Origin: an uncultured virus (IMG/VR IMGVR_UViG_3300015375_000848)
Taxonomy: Duplodnaviria; Heunggongvirae; Uroviricota; Caudoviricetes
Virus record (IMG/VR): IMGVR_UViG_3300015375_000848
Length of the DNA stretch: 20,000 nt
Direction: 5' to 3' (one strand)
Each line of letters begins with the position of its first letter. Within the stretch, counting starts at the first letter, position 1. The notes under the pieces are model-generated. The model ran no database searches, was not told the origin of the DNA, and was given only the letters and a program-made list of their open reading frames with translations. Position numbers and translations under genes: made by a program. Below, piece after piece: positions 8,524 through 16,710 of the stretch.

Positions 8524-11225
8524 TATCGGAAAGATTTGTTTTGTTTGTCTATTAAAGAGAAACCATCAAATTGACTTGTTATTCTATTGTTTAAAATACC
8601 CATTTTATATTCAGATGTTTTGAATATGTAATTAAAAAACATGTCACTGGCATCCCACTTCTCGGTTCTTAGCTTATTTTTTAGCCACTTCTTGGTAAAT
8701 TTTGCAAACATTATGCACTGAAGACCAATAATATGATTTGTAATAAACAATAAATTTTGGTTATCTATGTTTTGAATTTTGGGAGATTGAAGCCAACCAT
8801 GTTCTAATGTTTTAGTATCTCCAAAACTAAAGTACCCAATATTGTTTTCCTCACAAATTTTAGCTGATTCATAAACCTTTGCACAAAATTCCTCTATTGG
8901 AACCTCTATTTTACAGTCTCCTTCGCAAACTATAAGGAAATCACAATCTTCAAATTCGCTTAAAATTGCATTTTTAAATGCTTCATAACATCCGTAATGT
9001 GCTGGTGTTAAAGCTGTACTAAACTTCTGAACCTCCTCTTCAGTAAATAATCTATCTGAAACAGCGTTGGGTCTCTGACAATTTGTTTTTGGGGGTATAT
9101 CCTTATAAGGCTCATTTACATGTAAAATGTATTCAATTCCATGAGCAGCTACTTGCTTGAGCTGATTTCTACTTTGCTCTTCTCTTTCATCATTATACGT
9201 TGTTTGTATATGTACCAGTTTAACTTTAGGTTTTTTATTAACCCACTTGAAAAGCCCAGTTTTTGAATACTTATCTAAATTACTTGAGTTGATTTCGTAT
9301 ACTTCTTCTTTATATTTATTATCTCCATCAAAAAATTGTATAACAACTTCAATGTTCTTGTTATTGTATACAAATTCTTTTTTAAATTCTCTGCTTTTAC
9401 TGATTTGAAAGCTTCCGTTGTAGAACTCCCCACCGTCTTCCTTCATGATTACCCTAACTATTCTATCGTCAATGTTATATGTAAAAAAGTAAAACATGAA
9501 ACGATTTTCTTCCTTCGCAATAGGCAAAATAGAATAATATTCAGAATTGGATGCAACACCTAAACCGCTATTTTTCAAAATCGTCTCTTCATCATTCACT
9601 ACTAGATTAATATTTTCATGTCCAGATACTTTTTTCATCATGTAATCTTCTAAAAAATTGTGAGCTCCCGTTCTCTCGCATGCCGAATTATATTCATTAG
9701 CAGTTCTAACATCGTCAAAAACACTTAAGAAAAAGTCAACATCAAAGGTCATCCCATTAGTTTGAATGCCTAAACCGAAGGGTGTTTTGTTAGTACCTAA
9801 ATATGCAGTATTTGATTTCGATACGGATTCAAAAGACTCCTCTACGGTAGGTATGTCATTAGGGTTTAATATGACATCATAAGTGGTGTAAAAGAACCTT
9901 TTGTACCCTAAGTTTTTCGCAAATTTGGTGGCTGTGAATAAGTTTACAAGAACGGTTAGCGACTGATTACTGTGTTTCAGTCCGTTTATATTCATATCAG
10001 TATGAAATTCATTTGTATGTCTATAAAACTTAGTATAATATGAGTGATGACATAGGGGGTTATAAATATCAAAAATATAATAGTCAACCATTCTTTGAAT
10101 TTCTGTATCAACTGGATAGTGTGATATCAGTAAAATCTTTCTTCCTAGCGATTTTAAACTTTGAATTGTATCCTTAGTAAGCTGAACTCTGCTCTTTAGA
10201 TTAGGGTATGTTCCTAGTACAACAATTTCTTCTGCTATTAATTGTTTTTGGGGGTTTATAATCTCAATTATCTTATTTGCATCTTTTTCTAAGTCTCCAG
10301 TAAGATAATTCATGTTAGGTTCACTATGGTATCTGTTAAGATATACATCAAGGTTAAACATCAACTTTGGTAAATCTTGATATTCAAGAGCTTCTTTAAT
10401 AACTATAGGGTTTAACTCCTTATTTCCTCTGTCACCTTTAGATGGGAATAAAAAAAGGTCTGCAGCTTGCATGAAGTCGTCTATATCTGAACGCTCACCC
10501 CAAACTACAGCATTATTTAAATTTTCATTTTCCTCTTTCCATTCCATAAGAGGCTTCCAATAGCTTTGAAAGTTTTCAGCTTGATTTCCTATAAAATGAA
10601 ACTTGACTTTATATTGAGATAATTTATCACATAGCTCAAATCCATACTTTTGATTTTTTCTTGGGGTAAAAAGACCAACAATAATGATGTGTTTATAATC
10701 TTGCTGTAAGCCTAGTTTCTTTTTAATTTCACTTTTAAATTGTTGTTTTTTGTCAACGGGGTATTCAATTATTTCGTAGGGCGTAGGAAGATGCGTATAT
10801 TTTAAAGAATTGTAAGCACTTACAAACACAAACTTATCAGGGTTATATTTTTTATTTGCTGGATTGAAGCTACTGTCATGAGTTGTTTCAACTATTTTGT
10901 ATGGTCGGTCACTTCTATAAATCCATTCAGAAGACTCTATGTCCAGAAACATTTCTGGAAATTCTTCCATAGATATTACATCGGGATTAAACTCTTGAAT
11001 TACTGTTTTCAGTTCATTAAATTTATCTTCTCCCAGAGATTTAAATTTTTTTTCTCCAACCGTTTCTATGATTCTTTTTCTTTGAACTATGAATTTCCAT
11101 GCTACAAAAGCATGCTCTACAACTAATATATCAAAATGATTTATTAATAATTTTACTTTGTTTGCAGTTACTTGAGGTGCACCACCAGTGCTTAAATGGG
11201 GTGTTAATACTAATAACTTTCTCAT
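8523..11225 (-). CDS. 900-aa multidomain glycosyltransferase: N-terminal GT4, central unassigned domain, C-terminal GT25-like domain
   Basis: GT4: PHLSTGGAPQ, VGLFTPRKNQ, DLFLFPS..ELNPIVIKEAL. Central: LLISHYP..DYYIFD..FFYTTYDVIL. C-terminal: LTPAHYGCYEAFKNAI..LIVCEGDC (cf. GT25 GCxxSH..LxxEDD). Confidence 0.8.
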   Translation of the reverse strand: MRKLLVLTPHLSTGGAPQVTANKVKLLINHFDILVVEHAFVAWKFIVQRKRIIETVGEKKFKSLGEDKFNELKTVIQEFNPDVISMEEFPEMFLDIESSEWIYRSDRPYKIVETTHDSSFNPANKKYNPDKFVFVSAYNSLKYTHLPTPYEIIEYPVDKKQQFKSEIKKKLGLQQDYKHIIIVGLFTPRKNQKYGFELCDKLSQYKVKFHFIGNQAENFQSYWKPLMEWKEENENLNNAVVWGERSDIDDFMQAADLFLFPSKGDRGNKELNPIVIKEALEYQDLPKLMFNLDVYLNRYHSEPNMNYLTGDLEKDANKIIEIINPQKQLIAEEIVVLGTYPNLKSRVQLTKDTIQSLKSLGRKILLISHYPVDTEIQRMVDYYIFDIYNPLCHHSYYTKFYRHTNEFHTDMNINGLKHSNQSLTVLVNLFTATKFAKNLGYKRFFYTTYDVILNPNDIPTVEESFESVSKSNTAYLGTNKTPFGLGIQTNGMTFDVDFFLSVFDDVRTANEYNSACERTGAHNFLEDYMMKKVSGHENINLVVNDEETILKNSGLGVASNSEYYSILPIAKEENRFMFYFFTYNIDDRIVRVIMKEDGGEFYNGSFQISKSREFKKEFVYNNKNIEVVIQFFDGDNKYKEEVYEINSSNLDKYSKTGLFKWVNKKPKVKLVHIQTTYNDEREEQSRNQLKQVAAHGIEYILHVNEPYKDIPPKTNCQRPNAVSDRLFTEEEVQKFSTALTPAHYGCYEAFKNAILSEFEDCDFLIVCEGDCKIEVPIEEFCAKVYESAKICEENNIGYFSFGDTKTLEHGWLQSPKIQNIDNQNLLFITNHIIGLQCIMFAKFTKKWLKNKLRTEKWDASDMFFNYIFKTSEYKMGILNNRITSQFDGFSLIDKQNKSFR

Positions 11226-12160
11226 ATCAAAGATTTTATGCTATCAAATACTTGTTCGACCGATGGGTGGCACTCAAAGGTGGTTTTGTTTTCCAAACAC
11301 TTAATTAAAGGTGCCACTCCCTGAAAATCGCCCCATTCTTGTATTCCATATTTTGCATTAGAGCCACATTCGATTCCGCAAGCTCCTCTCACATACTTAT
11401 ACTTATAATCTTGTCTGCCATGTCTATAAGGGGCTCTAAATTCTGGTTTTAGTGAAGACCCAAGCTGAATTATAGGGGTTTCAGTTGTCCCAGCCAAATG
11501 AAGTAAACCGCTGTCCATTGTAACAAAACATCTAGCCCTACTAATTATGTGCCAGCAGTCGCTAATATTTGTTTTATTCATTAAATTTAATCCATCGGCA
11601 ATTTCAAAGTTAAATACTGGCTTTTGAACATTAAAAAAACCAGTTTCGCTGGAATCTTTACCTATTGATACTACGCTTAATCCTATAGAATTTAGCTTTT
11701 CTGTTAAACCCATCCAATTTATTGAATCCCAAGTTCTAACAGCCCAAGTAGTAACTGGGTGTATGCATACATACTCTTTAGGTAAATCTATATTAAAAGG
11801 ATGTGAAGGTTCATAAAAGCACTCCATTTCATCTTTAGCTAACATGAATCCTAAGTGAATAGCATGGAATTGCCGAATATCAATCATGTTGTGCTTATAT
11901 TCTATGCCATATTGGTTCTTTTTACCGACATTGTAAAAAGAGTTATGCATCAAATAATTTTTATTGAAATATTCAATATCTACTGAACTTATCTTAAATG
12001 AATCTTCAACAAAAGGGTTTTTTTTGAAGATATCTGGCATTCTAGAAAGTATTGTTACTTTTCTTTCATAGTAATCGGATAGCTTTTTAATTGTGGGAGT
12101 TGCACTTATTAAATCTCCTAGACCATTACAGTTTTCTAAATTTAAACAGATAGGTTTCAT
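11222..12160 (-). CDS. GT9-family heptosyltransferase-like protein with C-terminal 4-Cys cluster
   Basis: NGLGDLISATPTIKKL, YVCIHP..RTW, FVTMDSGLLHLAGTTETPIIQL; C-terminal CGIEC-x22-C-x8-CHP. Confidence 0.88.
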   Translation of the reverse strand: MKPICLNLENCNGLGDLISATPTIKKLSDYYERKVTILSRMPDIFKKNPFVEDSFKISSVDIEYFNKNYLMHNSFYNVGKKNQYGIEYKHNMIDIRQFHAIHLGFMLAKDEMECFYEPSHPFNIDLPKEYVCIHPVTTWAVRTWDSINWMGLTEKLNSIGLSVVSIGKDSSETGFFNVQKPVFNFEIADGLNLMNKTNISDCWHIISRARCFVTMDSGLLHLAGTTETPIIQLGSSLKPEFRAPYRHGRQDYKYKYVRGACGIECGSNAKYGIQEWGDFQGVAPLIKCLENKTTFECHPSVEQVFDSIKSLI

Positions 12161-12978
12161 TTGTTATAGCCAAATGTTTTAAAATACCAATTATATCTAT
12201 CATAAATCCAATCACAAACTCTCTCTCCAAGTATTGATTTTGCATCAGATTGTTTCATCTCTAATCTGGGTCTTATAATGTGGTCTCCAAAAACTCCATG
12301 TAAATTGTCATCCTCTTTTGTTATTTGTAATATGCTATCGAAGTTATGATTGTAGTGGGGTATCTCTAAATAATTATAAATTCTTTTCATTTCCAATTCA
12401 GGTCTAAGGCAAAAATCTTCATATTTTATGAATAGAAACTTTTCAAATGAGTTTGTTTCAAAAATTACTTGAAATCTTTCTAGAGCAAGACCTAAAGGGG
12501 GTGTAGTAGAAAAATAATCTACTCGTTTTGCTACAGTTGTATTTGCTCCAGTAGCCCAATTTACTAGCGGTTCTTTGTTTATATCTCTACGAAACAGCTT
12601 TTCCATGCTGCAAAAAATATCTCTTAAATCACGAACCATACAAATCATTTTTGGCTCATATGGCAAAAAAGACTTAATCCAATTATAATAAATACCCCAT
12701 CCCCTTCCTTTGTCTAAAAAATACTTTTTATCGGTTATGCTGTTTGCAAATGCATGAATAGCGGAGTTGCAATAAGCAGAAAACGCTTTACTCATGACTT
12801 CGGGCTCAAGATTCGCATTAAATTCTACAGAATCAGTAAAAGCTTTTTTTGAAGCATAGATTAGTTCTATTAATCCGCTAGTTGGGGTTACATAAAAATC
12901 TGGATTTTGCCCTATCAGGTTTTGCAAGACAGTAGACCCACTTCTAGGCATGCTAGTGTGGAAAAAAAGTTTAGCCAT
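12157..12978 (-). CDS. PAPS-dependent sulfotransferase
   Basis: 5'-PSB loop SMPRSGSTVL, LDK, 3'-PB motif MVRDLRDIFCS, IKYEDFC..P..MKRIYNYLEI. Confidence 0.92.
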   Translation of the reverse strand: MAKLFFHTSMPRSGSTVLQNLIGQNPDFYVTPTSGLIELIYASKKAFTDSVEFNANLEPEVMSKAFSAYCNSAIHAFANSITDKKYFLDKGRGWGIYYNWIKSFLPYEPKMICMVRDLRDIFCSMEKLFRRDINKEPLVNWATGANTTVAKRVDYFSTTPPLGLALERFQVIFETNSFEKFLFIKYEDFCLRPELEMKRIYNYLEIPHYNHNFDSILQITKEDDNLHGVFGDHIIRPRLEMKQSDAKSILGERVCDWIYDRYNWYFKTFGYNK

Positions 12979-13000
12979 GCGATAAAATTAGTGTATTTTC

Positions 13001-13017
13001 AATATACTTTGTATATT
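13001..13017. promoter_or_regulatory. Perfect inverted repeat AATATAC-TTT-GTATATT near the centre of a 57-bp divergent intergenic region (candidate operator or bidirectional promoter element)
   Basis: 7-bp arms, 3-nt spacer, between the divergent starts at 12978 and 13036. Confidence 0.4.
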
Positions 13018-13035
13018 TACAATAAAGAATTTTAT

Positions 13036-13440
13036 ATGAAAAGTGTTCAGATTCCTATAAGCATAGGAGAAGCTATTGACAGACTAACAATTTTGAAAAT
13101 TAAGCTGTTTCATATCAAAAATGACCAAAAGCTACATAACATACGAATAGACCACGACTTGCTGGAAAAATCTATTTACCAATCCTATCCTGAAGCCCCT
13201 ATATTCCCTCTGAAATTAGATACCCACATCTTTGGTGAGCTTTACAAGGTAAATCAAGATTTGTGGGATGTTGAAGACAAGTTAAGGATACTGGAAAGGG
13301 ATAAAAACTTTGGGTCAGAGTTTATTGAGCTTGCAAGGAGTGTTTACTACCTAAATGATAAAAGAGCTGATGTGAAAAAAAGGATAAATGTTGAATACAA
13401 GTCTACCATAGTTGAAGAAAAGTCATATGAATCTTATTGA
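13036..13440 (+). CDS. DUF6165-like helical protein (134 aa)
   Basis: IPISIGEAIDRLTILKIK..LWDVEDKLR..FIELARSVY..NDKRADVKKRIN..IVEEKSY. Start moved to ATG 13036 because the longer ORF (12907) overlaps the opposite-strand sulfotransferase start. Confidence 0.8.
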   Translation: MKSVQIPISIGEAIDRLTILKIKLFHIKNDQKLHNIRIDHDLLEKSIYQSYPEAPIFPLKLDTHIFGELYKVNQDLWDVEDKLRILERDKNFGSEFIELARSVYYLNDKRADVKKRINVEYKSTIVEEKSYESY

Positions 13441-13456
13441 AAAAGTATACTAAATC

Positions 13457-13933
13457 ATGATAATAGTTCTCTTTGGGCAGCCATGTTCAGGTAAAACTAC
13501 ATTGGCTGAATCTCTTCAAAAGCAGTTATTTATTAAAGAAAATGCTTCATATCCCATCATAGACGGTGATGAAATTAGAGAAATTTTTAAAAACAAAGAC
13601 TATTCAAGAGATGGTAGAGTCAGAAATCTAAATAGGATTTCAGACATAGCAACCTTTTTAGCACATAAATATAAAGTAGTAATTGTTAGTGCTGTTTATC
13701 CATACAATGAAGCTAGACTATATCTTGAAAGTGTATACAATAAAGTTGTATGGATATTTTTGACATATACGGATAAGAGGGGAAGGGAGGATTTTCATGT
13801 AAAAGATTTTGAACTGCCAGTGCCAAGCAAAAATTTATTACCTATAAACACCACAAAAGATGGAATCGAATTTGCAACCCAGAAAATATGCTCTTTTTAT
13901 TGGCAGATATCAAACGCTCCACGAAGGTCATAA
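13457..13933 (+). CDS. cysC: Adenylyl-sulfate (APS) kinase
   Basis: P-loop GQPCSGKTTLA, IDGDEIR, DYSRDGRVRNLNRI, VIVSAVYPY..R, FELP. Confidence 0.88.
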   Translation: MIIVLFGQPCSGKTTLAESLQKQLFIKENASYPIIDGDEIREIFKNKDYSRDGRVRNLNRISDIATFLAHKYKVVIVSAVYPYNEARLYLESVYNKVVWIFLTYTDKRGREDFHVKDFELPVPSKNLLPINTTKDGIEFATQKICSFYWQISNAPRRS

Positions 13934-14237
13934 ATATCTGTTCAGAAAAAAGATTGATGAAGGTATTCCAGTTTTAGTAGCGATTAGAGAAATGCCCATA
14001 GACGATAAGAACCCTTATACTCCGAATCAAGTTATGGATATGTTTATTGCTGACGAAGAGTGCGAAGAATGGTTTAAAGAGGGTGTTTTAGCCCTTATGG
14101 TAATACCCAACATTGAAGGTGTTTATTATGGTAGAGACGTAGGATATAAAGTTGAGCAAATCGAAGTTCCTATTGAAATATCCAGTATTTCTGCTACTAA
14201 ATTAAGAGAAGAACAAAAAAGATTAGGGAATCAATGA
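13860..14237 (+). CDS. Small HxGH (cytidylyltransferase-like) nucleotidyltransferase; candidate minimal ATP sulfurylase
   Basis: FIGRYQTLHEGH, KNPY, YGRDVGY, ISATKLRE (KMSKS-equivalent); overlaps cysC by 74 nt. Confidence 0.75.
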   Translation: MESNLQPRKYALFIGRYQTLHEGHKYLFRKKIDEGIPVLVAIREMPIDDKNPYTPNQVMDMFIADEECEEWFKEGVLALMVIPNIEGVYYGRDVGYKVEQIEVPIEISSISATKLREEQKRLGNQ

Positions 14238-14449
14238 TTGTTGAAAAAAAGAGGCACGTTGCGAAAACAATAAGTTACCGAATAATTAGTACTGTAATTG
14301 GTTTCTTGATAATGTATGCTGTATCAGGAAGTATAAAAGTTGGTGCTGCATTTGGCTTGGCAGAACTAGTTTATAAACCTATTCAATACTATATCCATGA
14401 AAGGATATGGTACAAGTGGATACGGTATGGCATCAAGGATGAAAAGTAA
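14234..14449 (+). CDS. DUF2061-like small membrane protein
   Basis: KRHVAKTISYRII..two hydrophobic segments..YYIHERIW; ATGA overlap with the preceding gene. Confidence 0.82.
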   Translation: MIVEKKRHVAKTISYRIISTVIGFLIMYAVSGSIKVGAAFGLAELVYKPIQYYIHERIWYKWIRYGIKDEK

Positions 14450-15257
14450 AAACTTTCAAATCTGATAAATAACGTTCAAGTCCTTCTTCTAACTGGTGTT
14501 TGGGAGCCCAACCTTTCATGAAAAGTTCTTTCTTAGCTTCAGTGAAAAATTGATAGTTATCTGGTATCTCTTCTTCGCTCGTATATTCAAAAGGGATAGA
14601 TAAAATATTTAACACATCTTCAAAACTTCTTGCTACTCCACTTCCCACATGATAGTAGTTGCCCGATAATGTTTTGTAGTTATTGCAAGCATGAATATTG
14701 GCTTCTACTACATCATCTATAAATACAAAATCTCTTTTTGGGTTTTTGGGAAATAGATTAATTTTTTCTCCCCATTTATTTTTTTGATATGCTTGAAGTG
14801 CAAGAGATGACATTTTACCCTTATGTAACTCATAGTGACCATACACATTAAAATATCGAAGAGCAATCCCACCATTTGCTAATATGTATTTCTCTCCTAT
14901 ATATTTACTCCAAGCATACAACGTTTCTGGAACACCGTAGTTTCCCTCTACCGAAGCAGAAGAGCTAAATATAATTGGTACGTTATTTTCTTTGCACCAA
15001 TCTGAAATAATGAAAGTTGATTCGACATTCAATTTCATCATTTCTTGAACGTCTTTGTTTTGGGTATCGGAACAAGCCCCAACGTGAAAAATCACGTCTG
15101 GTTTTATTTTACATATATATTCTTTTAAGTTTATTCTCCAGTCTCCCTTTTGAAATATCCACGTATCTATCCCCAAAACAATAAATCCTTGTTTTTGTAA
15201 TTCAAGCTGCAAAGCTTTACCTATAAAACCTCTGTTCCCAGTTATACAAACTTTCAT
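14433..15257 (-). CDS. hldD: ADP-L-glycero-D-manno-heptose-6-epimerase-like extended SDR
   Basis: ITGNRGFIG, IFHVGACSDT, FSSSAS, YAWSK (YxxxK), LRYFNVYG..HKGKMSS, RDFVFIDDV, GSGVARSF, YQFFTEA. Start placed at MKVCITG (15257), just after the upstream gene's stop. Confidence 0.85.
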   Translation of the reverse strand: MKVCITGNRGFIGKALQLELQKQGFIVLGIDTWIFQKGDWRINLKEYICKIKPDVIFHVGACSDTQNKDVQEMMKLNVESTFIISDWCKENNVPIIFSSSASVEGNYGVPETLYAWSKYIGEKYILANGGIALRYFNVYGHYELHKGKMSSLALQAYQKNKWGEKINLFPKNPKRDFVFIDDVVEANIHACNNYKTLSGNYYHVGSGVARSFEDVLNILSIPFEYTSEEEIPDNYQFFTEAKKELFMKGWAPKHQLEEGLERYLSDLKVFTFHP

Positions 15258-15258
15258 G

Positions 15259-15567
15259 TTATTTAATTCTGAAGTGCAAAGGTACATTATCTTCGTCCAT
15301 CATTCGATTGCAAGCTTCAATATTAGCTAAATAAAATGATTGCTTTTCATATCCAAGATAATCTGTCAGTTTTTCTATGTTGCAGATTAAAGGTCTTTTA
15401 TCATAAACTTTGCACTTGTTTTCTGATGATAAGTTTTCACAAATGCCGTGCTCATTCCATCCATAAGGGAAATACAAGGGTGAGCTTTTGTCCTTAAGAT
15501 TTAATCCCTCAACTACATATTTTATTCTTTTACAGCAGCTTCCACATCCAGAGCAAGGGAATTTCAT
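15259..15567 (-). CDS. YkgJ/CxxCxxCC-family cysteine-cluster (Fe-S/Zn) protein
   Basis: FPCSGCGSCC..GICENL..CKVYDKRPLICN. Confidence 0.88.
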   Translation of the reverse strand: MKFPCSGCGSCCKRIKYVVEGLNLKDKSSPLYFPYGWNEHGICENLSSENKCKVYDKRPLICNIEKLTDYLGYEKQSFYLANIEACNRMMDEDNVPLHFRIK

Positions 15568-16337
15568 ATTGTGTTTACCCCTTTTTTAGTTACTACTTTT
15601 GCAGCTATTGAGTTTGCATATTTAATTGCCTCTGGGATACTCTTATTTATCGTGAAATGGTAAGCCAGAGCAGCCGTGAATGTATCTCCAGCCCCGCTGA
15701 CATCATAAGTAGTTTGAGGGTTTTCTTGTCTAAATAAAACATCTAAATACTTTGCACCTACCTCCCCTAGAGTCACAATAATCTTGTCATAATTCATAAA
15801 TTTCAAAGAATTATCCAAGTTGTCTGTAAACTCCTTCTCATTTAACTTAATGTAAGAAACCCAATTAAGTAGGTTTGACGACACCTTTTTTTTAGTGTCA
15901 AGGAATATCAAAGTATCTTCTTTAACTATTGACTTAATCCTTTTTATATCTTCTTCTTTGATAAAACCTTTATTATAGTCAGAAATAATAATACAGTCAG
16001 CATTGGCAATTAATTTTAGCTGTAAGTCTGTAAATTCAATTCTTTCAAATGAATCGTTTTCGTCAACTCTTAAAAAGTAATGGTTTGTTTTAATATCAAC
16101 ATATCTAGTCTTTTCACATTTAGCTTCGGGTAAGATTGTATAAACACTGTGATTTTCTACGTTAGATTTGATTATAGCCAAAAGGTTATTAAACACATTA
16201 CCAGCCATACCTTCATTAAATACCGTTTTGATTGGTGTAAACACGGGAACGGGAGCTTCTGGAGAAAGTCTTGTTGCTTTACCGTAAACGAATCTGTCAA
16301 CACACGTTTCCCCAATTACTAAAAAATTATACTGCAT
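15564..16337 (-). CDS. hldA: D-glycero-beta-D-manno-heptose-7-phosphate kinase (HldE/RfaE domain I, PfkB family)
   Basis: VIGETCVDRFVYG..RLSPEAPVPV, GMAGNV, KTRY, ISDYNKG, VTLGEVGA, DVSGAGDTFTA. Confidence 0.92.
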   Translation of the reverse strand: MQYNFLVIGETCVDRFVYGKATRLSPEAPVPVFTPIKTVFNEGMAGNVFNNLLAIIKSNVENHSVYTILPEAKCEKTRYVDIKTNHYFLRVDENDSFERIEFTDLQLKLIANADCIIISDYNKGFIKEEDIKRIKSIVKEDTLIFLDTKKKVSSNLLNWVSYIKLNEKEFTDNLDNSLKFMNYDKIIVTLGEVGAKYLDVLFRQENPQTTYDVSGAGDTFTAALAYHFTINKSIPEAIKYANSIAAKVVTKKGVNTI

Positions 16338-16338
16338 A

Positions 16339-16710
16339 TTAATTCCCTTTTAAAATTCTATATGAGTCGGCATCAAAGTGCTCCGTGCTGATTTCAAATA
16401 TCACTCCGTCAGATAGGGCTTCTAATTGATGGGGCATACCACGATAAATTGTCACTACGTCCCCTTGATTAAGTTTTTTAGTATCAAATTCTCCCTTTTC
16501 TGTATCAATCCAGCTAAACAAAAACCGACCCTCATTTACATACCAAGTTTCTTGCTTTAATATGTGATAGTGCATAGAGAATTTACAGCCAGCTTTAAAA
16601 ACTAATAATTTCCCACAATACTCTTTGTTATTTACAATTATCAATTCGTGACCCCAGCCTTTGGGTATTTCACAACATTTAGTAATCTCTGGTTTTTGAT
16701 GGTTACTCAT
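16339..16710 (-). CDS. Cupin-fold sugar isomerase-like protein (mannose-6-phosphate isomerase type II / D-lyxose isomerase-like)
   Basis: [47 protein letters not shown]. Confidence 0.82.
   Translation of the reverse strand: MSNHQKPEITKCCEIPKGWGHELIIVNNKEYCGKLLVFKAGCKFSMHYHILKQETWYVNEGRFLFSWIDTEKGEFDTKKLNQGDVVTIYRGMPHQLEALSDGVIFEISTEHFDADSYRILKGN

Noticed and set aside
4944..11308. Plus-strand ORFs 4944..5225, 9336..9563, 10878..11126, 11099..11308 (also 711..893, 17054..17257, 17216..17443, 17912..18154, 19016..19207)
   Set aside because: Short, overlapping well-supported genes on the opposite strand, and without recognisable motifs.
3532..12978. DNA hypermodification cluster (glycosylated or carbamoylated bases)
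   Set aside because: No hydroxymethylase, TET/JBP, nucleotide kinase or DNA-transferase gene in the window; the AAH/TibC-like enzyme and Ser/Thr-rich neighbours point to protein or surface glycans.
12907..13035. Longer N-termini in the ORF track (12907; also 15287 and 18612)
   Set aside because: The extensions overlap neighbouring genes or the promoter region; family motifs and TAATG/1-nt coupling support starts at 13036, 15257 and 18654.
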